Sequence record: MT446387.1
DNA: 64,000 nucleotides
Reading direction: 5' to 3' (one strand)
DNA from: Escherichia phage TH09
Notes under the pieces: generated by a model
The model's input: only the letters and a program-made list of their open reading frames with translations
Database searches by the model: none
What the model was told of the DNA's origin: nothing
Translations under genes and position numbers: made by a program
Shown: positions 56,928 through 64,000 of the stretch, one piece after another
How positions within the stretch are numbered: the first letter of the stretch is position 1
Layout: the number at the start of each line of letters is the position of its first letter

Positions 56928-58748
56928 GTGATGATTAAGAATGAAATTAAAATTCTGAGCGATATTGAACATATCAAAAAGCGTAGCGGCATGTACATTG
57001 GTTCTTCTGCTAATGAAATGCATGAGCGCTTTCTGTTTGGTAAATGGGAAAGTGTTCAGTATGTACCTGGTCTTGTTAAGCTTATTGATGAAATTATCGA
57101 TAACTCAGTAGATGAAGGTATTCGTACTAAGTTTAAATTCGCAAATAAAATTAATGTTACTATTAAAAACAATCAAGTAACAGTTGAAGATAACGGTCGC
57201 GGTATTCCACAAGCGATGGTTAAAACACCTACTGGTGAAGAAATTCCTGGTCCAGTTGCTGCTTGGACTATTCCAAAAGCGGGTGGTAACTTCGGTGATG
57301 ATAAAGAACGCGTCACCGGTGGTATGAATGGTGTTGGTTCTAGTTTGACAAACATTTTTTCTGTGATGTTTGTTGGTGAAACTGGCGATGGTCAAAATAA
57401 TATTGTAGTTCGTTGTTCAAATGGCATGGAAAATAAATCCTGGGAAACTATTCCTGGAAAATGGAAAGGAACTCGTGTTACTTTCATTCCAGATTTTATG
57501 TCATTTGAAACTAATGAGCTGTCCCAAGTTTATCTTGACATTACACTGGATCGTCTCCAGACACTTGCAGTAGTTTATCCTGATATTCAATTTACCTTTA
57601 ATGGTAAAAAGGTTCAGGGCAATTTTAAGAAATATGCACGACAGTATGATGAACATGCTATTGTTCAAGAACAAGAAAATTGTTCTATTGCGGTTGGTCG
57701 TTCACCGGATGGATTTCGCCAATTAACTTATGTGAATAACATTCACACTAAGAATGGTGGCCATCACATTGACTGTGTTATGGATGATATTTGTGAAGAC
57801 CTTATTCCACAAATCAAACGTAAGTTCAAAATTGATGTAACTAAAGCACGTGTCAAAGAATGTTTGACTATCGTTATGTTTGTCCGTGATATGAAAAACA
57901 TGCGATTTGATTCTCAAACTAAAGAGCGTTTGACTTCTCCATTTGGTGAAATCCGTAGTCATATTCAACTTGACGCTAAAAAGATTTCACGCGCTATTCT
58001 AAATAATGAAGCAATTCTGATGCCAATTATTGAAGCTGCACTAGCTCGTAAATTGGCAGCAGAAAAAGCAGCTGAAACTAAAGCAGCTAAAAAGGCTTCT
58101 AAGGCAAAGGTTCATAAACATATTAAAGCTAATCTGTGCGGTAAAGATGCTGATACTACTCTTTTCTTGACTGAGGGTGATTCTGCTATCGGATATCTTA
58201 TTGATGTTCGTGATAAAGAACTTCATGGTGGTTATCCATTGCGTGGTAAAGTTCTCAACAGTTGGGGTATGTCATATGCTGATATGCTTAAAAACAAAGA
58301 ACTATTTGATATTTGCGCAATCACTGGATTAGTTCTTGGTGAAAAAGCTGAAAACTTGAATTATCATAATATTGCTATTATGACTGATGCTGACCATGAT
58401 GGTCTAGGAAGCATTTATCCTTCTCTGCTCGGGTTTTTTAGTAATTGGCCAGAATTGTTTGAGCAAGGACGAATTCGCTTTGTCAAAACTCCTGTAATCA
58501 TCGCTCAGGTCGGTAAAAAACAAGAATGGTTTTATACAGTCGCTGAATATGAGAGTGCCAAAGATGCTCTACCTAAACATAGCATCCGTTATATTAAAGG
58601 ACTTGGCTCTTTGGAAAAATCTGAATATCGTGAAATGATTCAAAATCCAGTATATGATGTTGTTAAACTTCCTGAGAACTGGAAAGAGCTTTTTGAAATG
58701 CTCATGGGAGATAATGCTGACCTTCGTAAAGAATGGATGAGCCAGTAG
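56928..58748 (+). CDS. 39: DNA topoisomerase II large subunit, uninterrupted (gp39 including the part encoded by gene 60 in T4)
   Basis: 606 aa continuous ORF; GHKL ATPase motif EDNGRGIP; TOPRIM-like C-terminal region. Confidence 0.85.
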   Translation: MMIKNEIKILSDIEHIKKRSGMYIGSSANEMHERFLFGKWESVQYVPGLVKLIDEIIDNSVDEGIRTKFKFANKINVTIKNNQVTVEDNGRGIPQAMVKTPTGEEIPGPVAAWTIPKAGGNFGDDKERVTGGMNGVGSSLTNIFSVMFVGETGDGQNNIVVRCSNGMENKSWETIPGKWKGTRVTFIPDFMSFETNELSQVYLDITLDRLQTLAVVYPDIQFTFNGKKVQGNFKKYARQYDEHAIVQEQENCSIAVGRSPDGFRQLTYVNNIHTKNGGHHIDCVMDDICEDLIPQIKRKFKIDVTKARVKECLTIVMFVRDMKNMRFDSQTKERLTSPFGEIRSHIQLDAKKISRAILNNEAILMPIIEAALARKLAAEKAAETKAAKKASKAKVHKHIKANLCGKDADTTLFLTEGDSAIGYLIDVRDKELHGGYPLRGKVLNSWGMSYADMLKNKELFDICAITGLVLGEKAENLNYHNIAIMTDADHDGLGSIYPSLLGFFSNWPELFEQGRIRFVKTPVIIAQVGKKQEWFYTVAEYESAKDALPKHSIRYIKGLGSLEKSEYREMIQNPVYDVVKLPENWKELFEMLMGDNADLRKEWMSQ

Positions 58749-58777
58749 TTTACTTTACCACAAGGATGTGGTATAAT
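58748..58777 (+). promoter_or_regulatory. early promoter (GTTTACT-N17-TATAAT)
   Basis: agtttactttaccacaaggatgtggtataat; 31/32 identical to 13624..13653. Confidence 0.55.
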
Positions 58778-58802
58778 TAATTGGGCAAATGAGGATATTG
58801 AA

Positions 58803-59006
58803 ATGAAATCATATAGAGTAAATTTAGAACTTTTTGATAAAGCAGTTCATCGAGAATATAGAATCATTCAACGCTTTTTCGATATGGGAGAAGCCGAAGA
58901 ATTTAAAAACCGCTTTAAGGATATTAGAGATAAAATTCAATCCGACACTGCAACTAAAGATGAACTACTAGAAGTTGCTGAAGTTATTAAGCGTAATATG
59001 AATTAA
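58803..59006 (+). CDS. hypothetical small protein
   Basis: 67 aa. Confidence 0.4.
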   Translation: MKSYRVNLELFDKAVHREYRIIQRFFDMGEAEEFKNRFKDIRDKIQSDTATKDELLEVAEVIKRNMN

Positions 59007-59016
59007 TGAGGAAATT

Positions 59017-61194
59017 ATGATTATCACCACTGAAAAAGAAACAATTCTTGGCAATGGTTCTAAATCAAAAGCATTTAGCATCGCAGCAAATCCTAAAGTA
59101 TTTAAAATCTTATCATCTGATTTGTATACAAACAAGATTCGCGCAGTTGTTCGTGAATTGATTACCAACATGATTGATGCCCATGCTCTCAATGGAAATC
59201 CTGAAAAATTTATCATTCAAGTTCCTGGACGTTTAGATCCACGATTTGTTTGCCGAGATTTTGGTCCCGGTATGAGTGATTTTGATATTCAGGGTGATGA
59301 TAATTCTCCCGGTCTGTATAATTCATACTTCAGTTCATCTAAGGCTGAATCTAACGATTTCATTGGCGGATTTGGTTTAGGTTCTAAATCTCCGTTTAGT
59401 TATACTGATACATTTAGTATTACTTCGTATCATAAAGGTGAAATTCGTGGCTATGTAGCTTACATGGATGGTGATGGTCCACAGATTAAACCTACATTCG
59501 TAAAAGAAATGGGTCCAGATGATAAAACTGGTATTGAAATCGTAGTTCCAGTTGAAGAAAAAGACTTTAGAAACTTTGCTTATGAAGTTTCTTATATCAT
59601 GCGACCGTTCAAAGATTTGGCTATCATTAATGGTCTTGACCGCGAAATTGATTATTTTCCGGATTTTGATGACTATTACGGTGTAAATCCAGAAAGATAC
59701 TGGCCTGATCGTGGTGGATTATATGCTATCTATGGTGGTATTGTTTATCCTATCGATGGTGTTATTAGAGACCGTAACTGGTTAAGCATTCGTAATGAAG
59801 TGAATTACATTAAATTTCCAATGGGTTCACTTGATATTGCTCCATCACGTGAAGCTCTTTCATTGGATGATCGCACTCGTAAAAATATTATTGAACGAGT
59901 TAAAGAGCTTAGTGAGAAAGCATTTAATGAAGATGTAAAACGATTTAAAGAATCTACATCTCCTCGTCACACATACCGTGAATTGATGAAGATGGGGTAT
60001 TCTGCTCGAGATTATATGATTAGTAATTCAGTCAAATTCACGACTAAAAATCTGTCATATAAGAAAATGCAGAGCATGTTTGAACCTGACATTAAGTTAT
60101 GCAATGCAGGAGTTGTGTATGAAGTAAATCTTGACCCTCGACTGAAACGCATTAAGCAAAGCCATGAAACTTCAGCCGTTGCATCAAGTTATCGTCTGTT
60201 TGGTATTAATACAACAAAAATTAATATCGTTATTGATAATATTAAAAATCGTGTTAATATTGTTCGTGGATTAGCACGTGCGTTAGATGATAGTGAATTT
60301 AATAACACTTTGAATATTCATCATAACGAACGCCTTTTGTTTATTAACCCAGAAGTAGAATCGCAGATTGATTTACTCCCTGATATTATGGCAATGTTTG
60401 AAAGTGATGAAGTTAACATTCATTATTTGTCAGAAATTGAAGCTTTAGTTAAAAGCTATATTCCAAAGGTAGTTAAAAGTAAAGCTCCTCGTCCTAAAGC
60501 TGCTACAGCATTTAAATTTGAAATTAAAGATGGACGATGGGAAAAAGAGGAACTATTTACACTTACGTCAGAAGCAGATGAAATTACTGGTTATGTAGCG
60601 TATATGCATCGTTCTGATATTTTCTCTATGGATGGTACTACATCGCTTTGTCATCCATCTATGAATATTTTGATTCGTATGGCTAATCTTATTGGCATTA
60701 ATGAATTTTATGTTATTCGTCCGCTTTTGCAGAAAAAGGTAAAAGAGCTTGGTCAGTGCCAATGTATTTTTGAAGCTTTACGTGATTTATATGTAGATGC
60801 TTTTGATGATGTAGATTATGATAAGTATGTAGGTTATTCAAGTTCAGCTCAACGATATATTGATAAAATTATCAAGTATCCTGAACTAGATTTTATGATG
60901 AAGTACTTCAGTACAGATGAAGTTTCTGAAGAATATACACGACTTGGTAATATGGTTAGTTCATTACGCGGTGTGTATTTCAATGGTGGAAAAGATACCA
61001 TCGGTCATGATATCTGGACAGTAACTAATCTCTTTGATGAATTATCACGTAATGCTTCAAAAAATAGTGATAAAATGGTTGCTGAGTTTACCAAGAAATT
61101 CCGTATTGTTTCCGACTTCATCGGTTATCGCAACTCTTTAAGTGATGATGAAGTTTCCCAAATCGCTAAAACTATGAAGGCCCTTGCGGCCTAA
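59017..61194 (+). CDS. rIIA: membrane-associated rapid-lysis protein RIIA (GHKL ATPase-like)
   Basis: 725 aa; N-terminus [32 protein letters not shown] matches T4 rIIA. Confidence 0.9.
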   Translation: MIITTEKETILGNGSKSKAFSIAANPKVFKILSSDLYTNKIRAVVRELITNMIDAHALNGNPEKFIIQVPGRLDPRFVCRDFGPGMSDFDIQGDDNSPGLYNSYFSSSKAESNDFIGGFGLGSKSPFSYTDTFSITSYHKGEIRGYVAYMDGDGPQIKPTFVKEMGPDDKTGIEIVVPVEEKDFRNFAYEVSYIMRPFKDLAIINGLDREIDYFPDFDDYYGVNPERYWPDRGGLYAIYGGIVYPIDGVIRDRNWLSIRNEVNYIKFPMGSLDIAPSREALSLDDRTRKNIIERVKELSEKAFNEDVKRFKESTSPRHTYRELMKMGYSARDYMISNSVKFTTKNLSYKKMQSMFEPDIKLCNAGVVYEVNLDPRLKRIKQSHETSAVASSYRLFGINTTKINIVIDNIKNRVNIVRGLARALDDSEFNNTLNIHHNERLLFINPEVESQIDLLPDIMAMFESDEVNIHYLSEIEALVKSYIPKVVKSKAPRPKAATAFKFEIKDGRWEKEELFTLTSEADEITGYVAYMHRSDIFSMDGTTSLCHPSMNILIRMANLIGINEFYVIRPLLQKKVKELGQCQCIFEALRDLYVDAFDDVDYDKYVGYSSSAQRYIDKIIKYPELDFMMKYFSTDEVSEEYTRLGNMVSSLRGVYFNGGKDTIGHDIWTVTNLFDELSRNASKNSDKMVAEFTKKFRIVSDFIGYRNSLSDDEVSQIAKTMKALAA

Positions 61195-61205
61195 TAAGGA
61201 AAATT

Positions 61206-62144
61206 ATGTACAATATTAAATGCCTGACCAAAAACGAACAAGCTGAAATTGTTAAATTGTATTCAAGCGGTAATTACACCCAACAGGAATTGGCTGATTG
61301 GCAAGGTGTATCGGTTGACACAATTCGTCGTGTTTTGAAAAATGCTGAAGAAGCTAAACGCTCTAAAGTTACTATTAGCGGTGACATTACGGTTAAAGTT
61401 AATAGCGATACAGCTATTGCTCCAGTTACTAAATCTGACATTATTTGGAATGCATCTAAAAAATTCATTTCAATTACTGTTGACGGTGTAACTTATAACG
61501 CAACTCCTAATACTCATTCAAACTTCCAGGAAATTCTTAATCTGCTTGTAGCTGATAAGCTGGAAGAAGCAGCACAAAAAATTAACGTTCGTCGCGCTGT
61601 TGAAAAATATATTTCCGGCGATGTTCGAATTGAAGGTGGAAGCTTGTTCTATCAAAATATTGAATTGCGGTCTGGTTTAGTTGATCGTATTCTCGATTCG
61701 ATGGAAAAAGGTGAAAACTTTGAATTTTATTTTCCGTTCTTGGAAAATCTGCTGGAAAACCCAAGCCAGAAAGCGGTATCTCGACTCTTTGATTTCTTGG
61801 TAGCAAACGATATTGAAATTACAGAAGATGGTTACTTCTATGCTTGGAAAGTAGTTCGTGACAACTACTTTGACTGTCACTCAAACACCTTTGATAACAG
61901 TCCTGGTAAAGTAGTTAAAATGCCGCGTACTCGTGTGAATGACGATGATACACAAACTTGTTCTCGTGGTCTGCATGTGTGTTCTAAATCTTATATTCGT
62001 CACTTTGGCAGTTCAACCAGCCGAGTTGTAAAAGTTAAAGTACATCCACGTGATGTAGTATCAATTCCGATTGATTACAACGATGCTAAAATGCGTACCT
62101 GCCAATACGAAGTAGTTGAAGACGTTACTGAACAATTTAAATAA
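61206..62144 (+). CDS. rIIB: rapid-lysis protein RIIB
   Basis: 312 aa immediately downstream of rIIA. Confidence 0.85.
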   Translation: MYNIKCLTKNEQAEIVKLYSSGNYTQQELADWQGVSVDTIRRVLKNAEEAKRSKVTISGDITVKVNSDTAIAPVTKSDIIWNASKKFISITVDGVTYNATPNTHSNFQEILNLLVADKLEEAAQKINVRRAVEKYISGDVRIEGGSLFYQNIELRSGLVDRILDSMEKGENFEFYFPFLENLLENPSQKAVSRLFDFLVANDIEITEDGYFYAWKVVRDNYFDCHSNTFDNSPGKVVKMPRTRVNDDDTQTCSRGLHVCSKSYIRHFGSSTSRVVKVKVHPRDVVSIPIDYNDAKMRTCQYEVVEDVTEQFK

Positions 62145-62158
62145 GGGCTTTGGCCCTT
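62145..62158 (+). terminator. hairpin GGGC-UUUG-GCCC
   Basis: gggctttggccc directly after rIIB stop. Confidence 0.4.
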
Positions 62159-62172
62159 AACTAAGGAAAATT

Positions 62173-62367
62173 ATGTTAGGTTATCAAGCACGAGTAAAAG
62201 AAGAATACGATCAATTAATGCTCAAAATTAATGCACTGAGCAAATTTTTAGAAAGCACAAAGTTTCTAACGATTAATGAAGTCGAGCAAGAATTACTGCT
62301 TTCGCAGTTTATTTCAATGAAATCTTACGCAGATTGTTTAGAGAAAAGAATTGCACAATTCAAATAA
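62173..62367 (+). CDS. hypothetical small protein
   Basis: 64 aa. Confidence 0.4.
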   Translation: MLGYQARVKEEYDQLMLKINALSKFLESTKFLTINEVEQELLLSQFISMKSYADCLEKRIAQFK

Positions 62368-62373
62368 AGTAAA

Positions 62374-62394
62374 GGGCTTCGGCCCTTTTGTTTT
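62374..62394 (+). terminator. intrinsic terminator hairpin + U-run
   Basis: gggc-ttcg-gccc followed by ttttgtttt. Confidence 0.6.
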
Positions 62395-62431
62395 AAGAGA
62401 AATTATGATTCCGACATAAAGGAAAGTTTAA

Positions 62432-62989
62432 ATGCAGAAAACGAATCCGGGTTTACAGAGACTATTTCAGATTCCGACATTTACCCTATCGAACAATGAC
62501 TTGACTAGTGAAATGAAGGTCAAAATTGCTGATACAGCAAGATACTCTTTAAAACAAAATCCTAATCAGGATAAAGCAGAAGTCATCGAAAGATGCCGTA
62601 TCGCTGTGTATGCAGAGTTTTTTGTAGCAGATTGGCTGAGCGGGTATGTTAACAAAGGCCAAGAGGATGTTAATGACCCGTATACATACGCATGGGATGT
62701 ATTGGCGCATCCAAGATATTGCGGGCTTCGTGTAGAAGTTAAGACACACCAAACTGACTCACGTTGGATTTCGGTAACAACTGGATGCAGCGGAGAATAT
62801 CCATACGGTTCTGGAATAAATCTAGGGCCCATTCTGAATCACCAAGTCGCTGACTGTATAATTATATTCAACACTAAAGAAATTCATCCAGGTGTCATCC
62901 AATACACTCCGAAGTTCATCGGTGATAGAGAAGACCTTCGTAAAGTTGTAAGAAAAAGCAACTACAACGGATGGTATCTTTCCATTTAA
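62432..62989 (+). CDS. denB: endonuclease IV DenB (by position and size)
   Basis: 185 aa downstream of rIIB. Confidence 0.55.
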   Translation: MQKTNPGLQRLFQIPTFTLSNNDLTSEMKVKIADTARYSLKQNPNQDKAEVIERCRIAVYAEFFVADWLSGYVNKGQEDVNDPYTYAWDVLAHPRYCGLRVEVKTHQTDSRWISVTTGCSGEYPYGSGINLGPILNHQVADCIIIFNTKEIHPGVIQYTPKFIGDREDLRKVVRKSNYNGWYLSI

Positions 62990-63015
62990 AAATTTTCACA
63001 AAACGGTTTACATAC

Positions 63016-63045
63016 CACAAGGACTGTGGTACTATACAACTATCA
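63016..63045 (+). promoter_or_regulatory. early promoter cassette (GTTTACA-N17-TACTAT)
   Basis: aaaaattttcacaaaacggtttacataccacaaggactgtggtactatacaactatcaact. Confidence 0.55.
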
Positions 63046-63069
63046 ACTGATACGGATTTGGAGAATAAA

Positions 63070-63276
63070 ATGTTTACTACAGCTGAATTAAAACGAGCAA
63101 AAGCTAAGAAAGGGCAAGGAAAATATAAAGCTGAATTAGTTAAAGAACTTCAGTTTGCTGAGGCTGAATTGAATTCAATGATTATTCAAAATGCTCCAGA
63201 AACTGAAATTGCTCTTAAGCGTATTGCGAATAAGTGTCTTCGTGATGCAATCGTCGATCTTTTAGCGGATTATTGA
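63070..63276 (+). CDS. hypothetical small protein
   Basis: track ORF 62971..63276; ATG 63070 after ttggagaataaa SD. Confidence 0.4.
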   Translation: MFTTAELKRAKAKKGQGKYKAELVKELQFAEAELNSMIIQNAPETEIALKRIANKCLRDAIVDLLADY

Positions 63277-63545
63277 GTAAAATGAAATTTAAATTTTATT
63301 ACGCTAAACATAAAATAACTGATGAGTTTGTGTCAGTTGAATATTCTAGCGATGATGAAGGTATGATTTATACTCGCTTGGGACTATCGCATTGGGAGTC
63401 TGATACGCCTTATTTTTCAACTCCTGAAGAAATTACACGTTTAGTTAATGGTCATATGAATGACCACTGGAATGTAATTCTTTCAGATAGTCTTAAAGCG
63501 GCTATTAATAGTAATGAAATGAAAATCGCTGAGATTGAACTATGA
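63273..63545 (+). CDS. hypothetical protein
   Basis: 90 aa, ATGA overlap. Confidence 0.4.
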   Translation: MSKMKFKFYYAKHKITDEFVSVEYSSDDEGMIYTRLGLSHWESDTPYFSTPEEITRLVNGHMNDHWNVILSDSLKAAINSNEMKIAEIEL

Positions 63546-63730
63546 GTTCATTGTGGTGGTGTTTTATTTGGTTAATTAGTATTCCATTAATTTGTTTAAC
63601 ATTTACTTTTGTGATGAGGTTATTATGAAAATTTTGAATTCTGTACTTATTGCTTGTGCATGGTGGGTTGCGCAAGTTTCAGCGGTAGTAGTTGGTATTC
63701 ACATTTATTACGAATATTTTTAAAAAAGTT

Positions 63731-63783
63731 GTTTACAAGACTGTTCCTCTGTGGTACTATTACCCTATCAACTACGGAGGAAC
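63731..63783 (+). promoter_or_regulatory. early promoter + stem-loop cassette (same type as 10647..10699)
   Basis: gtttacaagactGTTCCTCtgtggtactattaccctatcaactacgGAGGAACag. Confidence 0.55.
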
Positions 63784-63788
63784 AGAAA

Positions 63789-63902
63789 ATGAAAAAGATT
63801 ATTAAAGCTATATGGAATGTAGTTATAATACTAATAGTTTTGAGTATATTCCCAATCGTTTTAATGATTGATGTATTAAACGCTTACTTTGGATTTATGT
63901 GA
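63789..63902 (+). CDS. small membrane peptide (37 aa)
   Basis: track ORF 63654..63902; ATG 63789 after ggagg SD; MKKIIKAIWNVVIILIVLSIFPIVLMIDVL. Confidence 0.35.
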   Translation: MKKIIKAIWNVVIILIVLSIFPIVLMIDVLNAYFGFM

Positions 63903-63910
63903 GGAAAATA

Positions 63911-64000
63911 TGAAGCGTAAACGCAGTGCTTTTACATTTATTGAATGGTTTTTCGATAATATTTTTCCGGCTTTATTCATTTTCATGCTGATTTTCGCCT
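63911..64000 (+). CDS. hypothetical membrane protein, 3' end beyond window
   Basis: ATG 63911 after gaggaaaat SD; MKRKRSAFTFIEWFFDNIFPALFIFMLIFA... runs off the window. Confidence 0.3.

Noticed and set aside
41-62832. Minus-strand ORFs listed in the six-frame track (for example 41..301, 1083..1307, 9433..9672, 27828..28211, 30207..30623, 33143..33426, 56432..56998, 62549..62832)
   Set aside because: They lie antisense within well-supported + strand genes such as gp46, gp45, gp43 and gp39, lack convincing SD sequences, and show low-complexity composition; they look like shadow ORFs of AT-rich coding sequence. The only minus-strand ORF retained is 44229..44429, which is intergenic with a strong SD.
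5387-63788. Recurrent peptide ...CGTIQLS... at the N-termini of several track ORFs (5387, 10645, 62971, 63654)
   Set aside because: It is the translation of the repeated promoter cassette (tgtggtactatacaactatc), not a protein motif; the real starts are the downstream ATGs after the cassette SD.
1-64000. CRISPR arrays, tRNA/rRNA genes, integrase/transposase, host chromosomal DNA
   Set aside because: No regularly spaced direct repeats, no cloverleaf-like GC-rich 75-90 nt segments noticed by eye, and no recombinase-like ORFs; the T4 tRNA cluster would lie outside this interval. A tRNAscan-SE or Infernal run would be needed to exclude small RNAs formally.

Overview
The window reads as a nearly gene-dense early/middle region of a T4-like (T-even, Tevenvirinae) myovirus, with about 125 protein genes, all but one on the + strand. 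Gene order is collinear with the T4 map from regB/tk through to rIIA-rIIB-denB: regB, tk, rI, nrdC, 49, nrdD, nrdG, nrdH, 55, a-gt, 47, 46, rpbA, 45, 44, 62, regA, 43, imm, 42, uvsX, 40, 41, sp, 61, 56, soc, modB, modA, srd, dda, dexA, 39, rIIA, rIIB, denB. Identifications rest on recalled T4 protein sequences, lengths and catalytic motifs read from the translations; no database search was run. Compared with T4 as I recall it, this phage has an intronless nrdD, an unsplit 606-aa gene 39, no homing-endonuclease (seg/mob/I-Tev) genes, no dam-sized ORF, and a different 282-aa ORF where T4 has beta-gt, which points to a T2/T6-type relative. I found no tRNA, rRNA, CRISPR array, integrase or transposase. 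Regulatory architecture is unusually legible: many sigma70-type early promoters (GTTTAC-N17-TAnnAT), MotA-box middle promoters, two TATAAATA late promoters, and GGGC-UUCG-GCCC terminator hairpins. I did not find a clear-cut new defence or anti-defence system. The best leads for uncharacterised biology are the repeated promoter/stem-loop cassettes, a run of five consecutive proteins with unrelated N-termini and a similar C-terminal coiled-coil tail, several tandem paralog families, a 50-bp direct repeat bracketing an inserted gene, and a single antisense membrane-protein gene between 61 and 56. Coordinates of regulatory motifs and of ORFs under 60 aa were hand-counted and may be off by a few bases.
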